NCBI GenBank assembly: GCA_003344405.1 | Contig: NOWV01000001.1 | Span: 248,001-312,000 of the forward strand | Reading direction: 5' to 3' | Length of the DNA: 64,000 nucleotides | From: Trichoplax sp. H2 | Lineage: Eukaryota | In this document: positions 43,301 through 53,791 of the stretch, one piece after another | How the letters are laid out: every line of letters begins with the position of its first letter | Position numbering within the stretch: position 1 is the stretch's first letter | Program-made: the position numbers and the translations under genes | Notes under the pieces: model-generated | The model's database searches: none | The model's input: the letters and a program-made list of their open reading frames with translations, nothing else | What the model was told of the DNA's origin: nothing

Positions 43301-45658
43301 AAAAATTGAATAGAATAGGAAATTCTTTTTAATATAAAAGTATCTTGATAACCAAGAACGTTCATAGTTGTATTCTACTTGCGAAATAGACCAATTGCAG
43401 TTGTATTCTGTTTACGAGTATATCAGAATAGCTGGAAGAAATGGTAGACCCAGACTCTATTTCATTCTGCATTAATATCCATAGCAACTGATACGCTTAT
43501 ATATCATTACGACTACTATGTAAAAGTATAGCCATAGTTTTCAAAATACTAAGAATAAAATAATTTTATACTAGTCTATAACTGCATAGAGAAAGTAAAT
43601 CCTTCAGTCACGCGACAAACCAATTAATTGGTTTTAGATCAGAACAGCAACCAACCTTAATTGTCCAATGCTAGTGAGGAAATATCAGAATCTATTATGA
43701 TTGCATTACCAACAGTAAAATTAAATTAGAGCATTGCTTCGATAAGATGAATTGGCGACTTTGCTTAATATGGACGGAAATCCCTTAATATAAGAAGTCA
43801 ACTTGGCATCATAGTTTTTTTAATCTAGTCGGTCTAGCTCAATGCTTTAGCTCTTTTAAGCCTATTGATCTTTATGGCTAATAGAAATCAAGTTAATTAA
43901 TTTTTTCCTCTCAGTAATTTCAGATATTAACATCATCTCATTATTATTCCTTCTCTGGAAATTGTCTACAATCCTTCTATAGCTTCGGTATTGTTTATGA
44001 ACTTATGAAAAACATACAACTCTTGATTTTGCATCATTAAAACCTCGTTTAATTTTAATCAATACTGCCAAGAATTTTTTATACTAGTGTTAGCTACAAT
44101 AAAGTCGAACTTCAATTATCAAGAATAATAAGTAGAGGAATAACATTATTGGAAGGCGTATTGGTGGTGTAATAGGACCTTGTAATAGGAACGTGACTAC
44201 AGAATTATAATAGTTCCATATTTTCATGAAAGTCAACTCTTTATAGAAATGCATTTCGCTTTTTGAAACATCCAAGAATAGAAAGCAAAAGAAGAGATTT
44301 TCACACTTTTATGACGTCAAAGTCTACACTTTGCAAAGGCAAATTTTCTTTCATGCCTTGTTATAGACAGAAACAGATGGAATAGAATATCCCTACTTTC
44401 TTTTAAAGTTCGCTATGTTTCATCAATCAGTCAAGGTTGATTGCTAAAGTTAGCTTCAAATTATACAAAGAAATTAAACTATCATCTAAGCTACAACGTA
44501 TAATTAATACCAATTGAAGCTGTAGGATCATCAAGCAGAATTGAAAACTTATCGCAATTGCTCTAGCCATTGCTTTCAATGTAGATGAATAAAGTAGGCT
44601 GGAATTAAATGATTATCAAGTTTAACTCAGGGATATTTCTTTTCTTGTTGTATTCTAAGCTGGATGGTTTAAAGCAGTTTCTTTTGTACACCTGCATGTC
44701 TACGCTTCAACTAGTCAGCGAAAGCCAACTTATTCATTAATTTTATCCTCAACTCTACTACTAAATTACCTAAATGGACTGATTATAGGTAATTAATTAT
44801 TTATGATCGGCTTAAATTTGAAGAAAATATGGAAATTAAAATATAGGATGATCGACTATTTAAAGAATAATTTGAAGTCCATATATAATTCTACAGTATA
44901 TGATGATGATGCCCTTTTTATGGGATGAACTAACATGCATTAAAGTTATTTCTCACTAACTTTTATTTATTCCAATAATATACGGATCGAAAGTTAAAAT
45001 ACTATCGCCGACGTCATTTTTATTTTTTAATTCTTTTGGGTGCCCTCCTACCGAAAGGAGCCTCTTTGGATGACCTTTGTGACGAATTGAAATACTGCAT
45101 ATAGAATATACAGCTAGAATAGATATACGTGATAAATGCAAATGAAGTAATATGAAAAGAAAAGCAAACGGATCTGTATTGAAAAATCAGAAAGCTAATC
45201 CATCCATTAGTTTAGTTGAGTAACCAGTAGTAAAAAAATGTCAACAGAGAAGAGAAATGATATCGGCTCTTTTTTCAGTTTGATTCTGCCTCAATCTAAA
45301 CAACTTGCAACGATTGAATTTAAATGCTGTACTTACCATTAGTCAGATCATGGATGCCCAATTTAACTTGAGAGAAATTCCCATTTCCTAATTCACCTCG
45401 TAATTTATAATGGCTGATGCGCTTTCCTAGAGTAATCTCTCGATTAATTTTCTCATCTGGTAAGCCTTTACTTACCCTTTCGTATGTAGTTAACTTATGA
45501 TTTTGACGCTGTGATGATCGGGCAAGAGATGCTCGCTCTAAACTATTTCGAGTAGATTTTGCATGATGAGGAAATTGATGATGATGATGATGATGATGAT
45601 GATATCGAGAATTGGGCTGATTTTTACTATTTTCTACCATGTTTCGGCCTTGGTCCAT
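34398..45658 (-). CDS. NIM1K: NIM1-like AMPK-related (CAMKL) serine/threonine kinase, 3 coding exons, ~523 aa
   Basis: Exons 45658-45337 (phase 1), 36663-36395 (phase 0) and 35378-34398 splice in frame at GT-AG sites. Kinase motifs present: LGNGNFSQVKLG, AAVKILDKTKLD, HRDVKAEN, DFGFST, LNTFCGSPPYAAPELF. NIM1K-type features: LTTYERV...EITLGKRI before the kinase domain, ILDKTKLDDKTRKLL, TGTYRIIL after the kinase domain, and a terminal SKLCTIL* CaaX. Confidence 0.93.
42755..43090. repeat. Diverged tandem repeat, ~112-114 bp x ~3, inside the first coding intron of NIM1K
   Basis: The core TGTTGATT-n-CATAAGAYAGYATAAC-n-ACTT-n-TATCAYCGA..GTATA recurs at 42801, 42913 and 43027. Confidence 0.85.
45578..45601 (-). 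repeat. (CAT)8 coding microsatellite encoding a poly-His tract in the NIM1K N-terminus
   Basis: Eight consecutive CAT codons give RYHHHHHHHHQFPHH. Confidence 0.95.
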
Positions 45659-48439
45659 ATTAATAGCTTAAATATCGTCTGACTCCAAGTCAACCATTTA
45701 TCGACATGGACCATGTTGCACTTATCTTCTATAATACGATATAAAAATATTGCAGATAAGACCACTGTTGGAGATAGACATTTAAATTGATAATAAGGTT
45801 AAGAAATGAACGAAGCAAAATACTATTTCATAAAATATCTATTCTTAGATTACGTTATATAGTGGAGAAGAGTGGAATTAACCTTGCTCTTACATGATAT
45901 AATCAACGATTCTAATACGTGAGATGAATCAAATACTCTCAGTTGCATTTACTGTTCCATCCAACGCTATGTAATCGTACATCCATTACAGATTGATACA
46001 ATTTTTATTTCAAGTCTTCATCAGGCTAGTAAATATGTTGAATTATTGTCGACTCCAATGTACTGTACGTATAAAACATATTCATGCTCTTTTTTACATT
46101 AACTATCAATATTGGATGAATAACTGTATAATTTGTCTATCATGACTTTATAACCTGTCTAATAGTTGCAAGAAATTTAAAATTGTACGTCATGGTCGAC
46201 AGTGGAATATTTAATAATGTAGGATGAAAAAATTGGGCGATTGTTATACTCCCATTATTTATACACGATATTATCAGCAGCAGAATTTTCTATTTCTTAT
46301 TACCTGGAAATAGATATAGCACTTGCTTGCTTACTATTAGTCATAACTACTGTTGAACTCAATTATACTGTCTTCTAGTTAATAAAAATATTATTGCTAT
46401 TGATAAATTTTAATGTAGTTGATGATGCTAGAATAATAATTTATAAACGTGTTTAGGTGATTAGTTTAAGTTTAACTCTATTCTACTTGGGCAAAACAGT
46501 TAAATGGAGATTTTAGTCACTGCTGTCGACTGCCTGGACGTCAAAAGTGCTCGTGTAGAGCTGTGCATACTTGGAGTATAATTACAGAAATAGGTAACTA
46601 AACTACCGATTAATTTTCTCAAGAGGATGAAAACTTGATTGTAATGATATTATTTCCATTGACAATCTTTAAATTAAAAGTAGTATAGAATAGTTATTTA
46701 ACTCATTTACAATTGCCTTGCAACAGAGTTAAGAATTAAGTTTGGTTTTAGTTTTACGGGGATGAAAATCTTTCAACGATTAATACGATTACTATACGTC
46801 AGATAATGATATTTCTTTGGGTAAGAATGACTTTTAATGAATTGATTGCTATTACAAGGATCAAGATAAAAATAGCAAATATTTCAAGTAAAGAATTGAA
46901 ATGTGAAGATGGATGGACTTTACTGATATGATAAAGTAAAGAAAGGATAAAACGGTGATTAAAGAATTTCAGTATGTTGTCCATGGCGAATGATTAATCT
47001 TACCTTATTCCATTAGCTGTCTTTTTCATTGAAGAATAAGATTCAGCGAGAATACGAGTAATATTCCAACCAATTGAATTTTATCGAATGTATTCTAAAG
47101 AATTTAAATAAAGATGGATAGAGATTGGTAACACTTTACATTGACATTGCTAGGATACTTTTCTAACCGGTGGACAAGAAAGACGAATACTTTTTGTACT
47201 GTTGTGACAAGTAAATTAAAAAAATCGAATCCCCAATATCGAAATTTATAGAAGATTAGCGTTATCCGTTGTCTATCGCCTTCAGCGAAATCAAACCGTA
47301 GGATAGAGAAAAGAAAATGATTACCAAATTAGCATAGTGCTTGACATGTTTAGGTTACTATTAAGTCAAGTAATTTTTCAACTATAAGCATCTATGAAAA
47401 TAAAACGTTTTTACAGGGCTTTATTTAATATAAAATAAAATAAGATGTTGATAAAGACTTGTATAACATTATTAAAACTAATAAATTGATCTGTTATTTT
47501 TTTTTATTTTTGGCCCTTTTACATACCCTAATTAAGCAAGGTTATACGATTGAACTAGTACAGTGGGATATTGTAAAGTGATAGTAAATTGTTGATGAAA
47601 GATAAAATAATACCTTGGATAGGCTAACTTGAACAGCTTTTAGTAATCTGCTATAATCATTTGGAGTCGGTTACCTTGACTAACTTGCAATCGAATGATG
47701 ATGTCCAATAAATGGATAAGGCGTCACCTTGATATCATTGGAGTCAATAGTATGTAGACTGATTAAAAATAAATAAATAATACCTGAAGGTTGTACAGTA
47801 TGCGCAGTCTAAACTTATAGATACGTGTGTGGATATATTAACCTATAAATCTGTTTTCTATACAACAATATTATACATTTTATTCATATGATTGAATATT
47901 TATTTCATCCTTGTTCATGTAGTTAGGACAGTATGTATAATCTTTTATCCTTTTCTACGGCCGTCAGTCAAGGTGTATTGTTGAAGCGATCTAAATATAT
48001 CCAACGTTCATTTGCATATTTTTTTTGTATTAACCTCCAGCCTCCTAGAAATACCCGTATGCCTGACTTATCCACTTACTCTACCTTTCGTTCATTCAAT
48101 CTCTTCTGTTTGAATACTAATTAGTATATCATCCCGAGCTTTAGCAACGAATATCGCACGCATCACTATGACCGTAGATATCAACGAAGCACAGTGTACA
48201 CTGTACAGTACAGTATAAGATGCAGTTACTGTAATATTGAATTTTTTTAATTCGTTGACTAGACTGCAAGAGAGAGCCCTAGCTACAACTGGCATACTAC
48301 TCAAGTCATTCTACGTTATAGAATAATTTGTATGTCAGAGCAATAGCATCGATAGACCTCTATCGCAAGCAGGAAGAAACTCGCCTAGCAATCAAGATTG
48401 CCGATAGACAATCATAATAGAATGAAAACACTGGTTACT

Positions 48440-48640
48440 GAGGACATGGTTGCTATGGTAATCACCAGCACATCCAGTTGGGCTCTGGCCTCTTGGGTGG
48501 TGTCACAACGATCAACGTCAATCGCTTGCAAGACGTCAACACTTTGACGTGCGTCAAAATGCTGTGGAGTCAACGTCGATGAACTTGACTCGCTTTTTGA
48601 TTGTTGACAGCAATTGTTATAGGCTAGGCTATATAATGTA
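48440..48640. promoter_or_regulatory. Putative (possibly bidirectional) promoter upstream of NIM1K, with an X-box-like element, a CRE cluster and a TATA-like box
   Basis: GTTGCTATGGTAAT at 48449-48462 (RFX X-box-like); ACGTCA at 48515, GACGTCA at 48532 and TGACGTGCGTCA at 48545; TATATAA at 48630-48636 on the plus strand. Minus-strand donors at 48079 (GTAAGT) and 48084 would fit a non-coding first exon. Confidence 0.45.
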
Positions 48641-49279
48641 CCATGTGATTCATCGCTGTGGAAGTGTACTGTACCCTCTACAAGTTCAAAGCTCGTCTGT
48701 GCTCCTAGACACTATACTGTACTCAAACCAACGAACAGGGACTTCTAGTACTGTATGTATTAGGCTACTCTATGCTCGCTAGGAGCATGCTCATAGCAGT
48801 TGTCGTGGCCTAGGCTATACTGTTCACTAGAAATCGAGTAGAATGCAGCTTTTAGTATGAGAAATTGCAATCTTCCTCTGAATTCAAGTCGTTTTGGGGG
48901 TGATTTTACTCCATTTTAATTGGAGAGATTTGAACTCTTTGCCTTTCTAGTTCTAAATTGTAGTCTGTTTCATTAGGGTCTCTACCATCTTGAGTTCAAG
49001 CTCATAACTTTGGATGCAATGATTATTTGCATAATCTTTACTATCAACAACACTCTACAGTCTACTACATCCATATCTTGGAACGGGAAAGCTGTTGAAT
49101 GATGTCTAGTAGTCCACCTCTCCTAACGAGATCATGTTAATATCAATGCTGGGCATCTCACTATTGACTACCAGCCATGTACCATAAGCAGAATTGCGTC
49201 TTTCTTGCATAGCTTTTGTCCTTTTTTATTTGGATAATCAAGTCAATTTAAACTTACCGATAAAATACGTACACTTTTA

Positions 49280-50447
49280 GGGCATTTCTGACTCCATGGA
49301 TAGTTGTAGGCTAGATTAGAAGGCCGTACAAGTGGCTAGTTGTAAGGATATAGTACGTACAAATGGCGATGCAGAGAGTCATTGATGAAACAACGCGTAT
49401 GAGGAAGAAGGTGTAGTTTAATGCGATGCAGAGGTACTATCAGGATGCTGATGGAGTCTAGGCCCCCAAAATAGATCATGTCGTATGAATAGGTTAGATT
49501 GTGAGGCTATACAAGTGCCCCTTGGTAAAGGGTAGATAGAAGTAGAGCATTTCTGACTCCAATGATAGTTGTACTGTACAGCAGCCTAGATTAGAAGGCC
49601 GTACAAGTAGCTAGTTGTAGATACAGTAAGAAGAAATGGAGATGCAGAGAATCGTTAATAAAACTACGCGTATAAGGAATAAGGTGTAGTTTAATGTGAT
49701 GCTGTGGTAATGTCAGGATACTGATGGAGTCTTGGTAAAGAGTAGATATACGTAGGGCATTTCTGACTCCAATGATAGTTGCAGGCTAGATTAGAAGGCC
49801 ATACAAGTGGCTAGTTGTAGATATAGTACGTAGAAATGAAGATGCAGAGTCGCTGATAAAACAACTCGTATAAGGAATAAGCAATAGTTTAATGTGATGC
49901 AGAGGTGCTGTCAGGATGCTGATGCAGTCTTGGTAAAGAGCGGATATACGTAGAGCATTTCTGACTCCAATGATAGTTGTAGGCTAGATTAGAAGGCCGT
50001 ACAAGTGGCTAGTTGTAAAATACAGTACGTAGAAAATGGAGATGCAGAGAGTCGTTGATGAAACAACGCGTATGAGGAAGAAGGTATAGTTTTATGTGAT
50101 GCAGAGGTACTGTCAGGATGCTGATGGAGTCTAGGCCCAAGAAATAGATCATGTCGTATGAATAGGTTAGATTATGAGGCTGTACAAGTGCTTCTTGGTA
50201 AAGAGTAGGTATACGTAGGGCATTTCTGACTCCAATGATAGTTGTATGCTAGATTAGAAGGCCGTACAAGTGGCTAGTTGTAGATACAGCACGTAGAAAT
50301 GGAGATACAGAGAGTCGTTAATAAAACAACGCGAATGAGGAATAAGGTGTAGTTTAATGTGATGCAGAGGTTCTGTCAGGATGCTGATGGAATCTAAGCC
50401 CCAAAAATAGATTATGTCGTATGAATAGGTTAGATTATGAAGCTGTA
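49280..50447 (+). repeat. Tandem array of five related units (periods 265, 210, 198, 265 bp)
   Basis: GCATTTCTGACTCC starts at 49282, 49547, 49757, 49955 and 50220. Units 1, 4 and 5 carry an extra ~65-bp segment (CTAGGCCC..AAATAGATCATGTCGTATGAATAGGTTAGATT..) that units 2 and 3 lack. No ORF spans the array. Confidence 0.95.
49963..50131 (+). ncRNA. Candidate box C/D snoRNA-like unit (best copy of five in the array)
   Basis: GACTCCA-ATGATAG ... CAGA(50045)-gagtcg-TTGATGA(50055) ... CTGA(50121)-TGGAGTC gives a perfect 7-bp terminal stem next to C-like and D boxes, with an internal D'/C'-like pair. Box C is non-consensus and the unit is long (169 nt), so this call is tentative. Confidence 0.3.
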
Positions 50448-51430
50448 TATAGAAATTATTGCTATGTGCCTTGACAATTCTTGCATGGATAACTAGATAC
50501 TGGTATAAAGTGCAGTATTTGTACGTTAGTTTAAGTCATACTTTCCCCCTTTTTCTATATCTAAAGAGAAAATAAACGTGCTGGGGTTAGGGGAATCAGG
50601 TTATCCACGTCGAGATCTTTGGATATGATTCATTATTTGTATACTGAAGATAATAACAGGTATAGTCCTTCTCCATCTATATTCATTGAGATTAATCTGT
50701 AATGAAGGGCGATTACAATAAAAGCAAAATAACTTGTAGTCATTCATTCTTATTTTTCTTCATATCAATATGCCAAATGTAATCCTCATCTACTCTCGTG
50801 TAGGCTAACTTGGTAGTTGAAATTATAATATTTGGTTTTAAAAACTGCCTGGTTCTCCTCTTTCAGTAAGAGAGTAGAAGACATTTTTAGGTCATTTTTG
50901 GCGCACATAATACAATAGAATTTGCAAGGACAGATACACTCTTTGCAAAATATTGATAACCATAGCCAAGTTAAAATTGTCTACTATTTTTCGACGATAT
51001 TGTTGATTACTTGCAGATGTATCATTGACTTTGAGAGAGAATTCTATCTCGTGTAGTATCAATCATTGTTGCATACTGTCACAGACTATGGCATAATCAA
51101 CTACCTCAAAATGATGGGACAAAAAAGGTCAATTGCATTTTTAAATTTTACTTTATTACCATACAGTACAGCAGATATTTTTACCAACCTACGAGCCGAT
51201 TATTCTATGCTATTTTATCATCCAGTTTATAGTATTCTATGATAGTTGGTGGAATTTTGCCGGATCCAAAAATAATGCCAATCGATCATAGATTGCGCGA
51301 TTTTTTTTACTTGCCTTCTTCCAACAAACATAACGACCATTAATATAATATCAAATCCCGGTTTACCATCGGACGATAACAGTTAATGATTAAATTTTAG
51401 TTATAAATAAACAATATTATTATATTATTA

Positions 51431-51832
51431 ATGTTTATTAGGAATGGCAGTCAACGGTATAGATTGTCAATAAAATGTAACGGTATTAATCATTCTCTTA
51501 CACTGATCAATAGTGAAGCTATTGAATGCGACTCCTAGAGCGCATATCCTATCGTAGAAAAAAATATTATCGATGTTTATTAGGAATAGCAGTTAAGAAT
51601 ATAGGTAGTTGACAAAACGGAACAATATTAATCATTGTTTCATGTTGATCAATAGTAAAGCTATTGAATACGACTCCTAAAGAGCATACCCTCTCGTAGA
51701 AAATATTAGTGATGTTTATTAGGAACAGAAGTTAAAAATATCGATAGTCAATAAAATGGAACGGTATTAATCATTCTTTCATGTCCATCAAGAGTAAAGC
51801 TATTGAATACGACTCCTATAGAGTATATCCTA
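51431..51832. repeat. Diverged tandem repeat, ~139-142 bp x 3
   Basis: ATGTTTATTAGGAA starts at 51431, 51573 and 51712. Each unit contains RTATTAATCATT and AAGCTATTGAATRCGACTCCTA. Confidence 0.9.
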
Positions 51833-52885
51833 CCATTGAAAATCTACAAAATAGCTAGACTTGAGTATCTTGAAATACTAACTACCCTCTTCTAGAGTCA
51901 ATAATGGTATTAATGAGATTTCCTGCAAGCATTTTGTCCTAACATTGAATGTCAACACTATCCTAAAGTTATAATTTTGATGCCCATGACATCGCAACTT
52001 GTCGTTATGATCGATTATTTTGCATGGCAGCCAAACATCGTCTTATTATTGTCTATCTTATATTATCCTATTGTCCAATTTGTTATGCATTAACTCAATT
52101 ATTATAAAATAAAATTCTTGTGTTTCCTTAAGAGGAAGAAGAATGAGAATACAGATTAAATTGATTACATCATTAAAAGTTATTATCGATATAATAATAA
52201 CTTCATTTCTATTCAATCTTGTTTATTTTGCTATGGAATGAAAGTTTTGAGCTCAATAAGTGCCGCTTTAGCTCAGACATTCCATCGCTATATTGAAATA
52301 GATGTACAGGATGTTAATTTGGATGATTGAAAACAACCTAAACGCGTATTGTATTATATCATAATTACATCCATGAACTATTGCCGATTGTTTCATCCAT
52401 GTTTTCCCATTACTCTCTATATGTACAAATTTGTGTATTGGAATAATAACAGTGGTCCTACCTAGTCCAGACATTACAGATCAAACCATAGATTTATTAA
52501 TTTTCTATAATAATTCTATTATCTAGTATTATAGCCTGGTTTACTAATGCAATTTATCTCTCCTTCTTCCGCTCCTTATCTTCCATTCCCATTGATCTTG
52601 TATCACTTTAGTTCGGAAAATCTATCATAAAGTATGAAAACATCAATTATGAATTGGATCTATGAAAACGGCATGAAAGGGTCATTAATTAACACAACGT
52701 AGTCTCTTCAATGTGTCGGACAATTTTTCCTTGTATTGACGGGTTCATATCGTTGACGATTACATCATCGTGTCGATAATATTAATTAAAGCCATCTGAA
52801 GCGAATTTGCATATAAATTTGTCTGGATCTAGCCTAAATATGACTGACCCAATTAGTATTATTTATTACCTTTGTAGCCCTCACT

Positions 52886-53791
52886 TCTATTGACAGTCGA
52901 TCTTGCATTTCCTATTTTTAGCCAATTTTAATCGCATAATGGCAACATTGTCAAATCCTTCTTTCCTTTAAACTGCCCATTCCTTACTGTCCTAATCAAA
53001 TAGATTATTGAATGCTTTAAAATTATAAATAAAAGACTGGAATAGCTTACATGATTAACCTTTTAAGTGCTTTACTATGGCCATTAGATGTGGCCAGAGC
53101 CAAATTTTGGCTTAGTAAAATTGGTCATCAGCATGTTAAACAAATGTAATATTAGGGATAGGGATTGATTGCCGATTATCCCGATGTTTAAAACAAGATC
53201 TGAATAAAGTGAACTACCTTTTGACACCAAAATTAAATAATTTACGCACTAATTTACAGCTATACAACGACATTTAATGTATCCAATGCTAATCTTATAC
53301 CAATTAAGACTAAAATATTGCATGACCTTAACTCGGTAGTGTTGCATGTTTGCCGACACAGCAAGATCGCATGTGCCGATCTAATCCTATTCTAATCAAA
53401 ACCTAATAATGTATCGAATCATCGGCCTTAAGAATAGNNNNNNNNNNNNNNNNNNNNTCTATTGACAGTCGATCTTGCATTTCCTATTTTTAGCCAATTT
53501 TAATCGCATAATGGCAACATTGTCAAATCCTTCTTTCCTTTAAACTACCCATTCCTTACTGTCCTAATCAAATAGATTATTGAATGCTTTAAAATTATAA
53601 ATAAAAGACTGGAATAGCTTACATGATTAATGTATCCAATGCTAATCTTATACCAATTAAGACTAAAAATATTGCATGACCTTAACTCGGTAGTGTTGCA
53701 TGTTTGCCGACACAGCAAGATCGCATGTGCCGATCTAATCCTATTCTAATCAAAACCTAATAATGTATCGAATCATCGGCCTTAAGAATAG
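52886..53791. other. Assembly gap (20 N, 53438-53457) flanked by a false duplication, i.e. two uncollapsed haplotypes
   Basis: 52886-53437 and 53458-53791 are the same sequence apart from one SNP (AACTGCCC/AACTACCC), a 1-bp A-run indel and a 219-bp segment present only in the left copy. The duplication ends exactly at the gap edges. Confidence 0.9.
53055..53277. mobile_element. Polymorphic 215-bp segment bounded by TTAA direct repeats (possible non-autonomous piggyBac-type remnant, or a microhomology deletion)
   Basis: Filled allele: ATGA-TTAA-CCTTTTAAGTGC...CGACAT-TTAA-TGTATCC. Empty allele (near 53623-53637): ATGA-TTAA-TGTATCC. The left end starts CCTT like piggyBac termini, but the right end has no matching inverted repeat. 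Confidence 0.4.

Noticed and set aside
23057-44994. Shared 14-mer TACGGATCGAAAGT at 23057 and 44981
   Set aside because: The flanks do not align, and isolated 14-mer matches are expected in a window of this size.
49280-51832. CRISPR-like interpretation of the tandem arrays
   Set aside because: Eukaryotic context, the inter-motif sequences are homologous between units and not unique spacers, and there are no cas genes.
52268-52835. Possible decayed coding sequence on the minus strand (LDPDKFICKFASDGFN*YYRHDDVIVND...)
   Set aside because: Multiple stops and no recognisable family; BLASTX would be needed to call a pseudogene.
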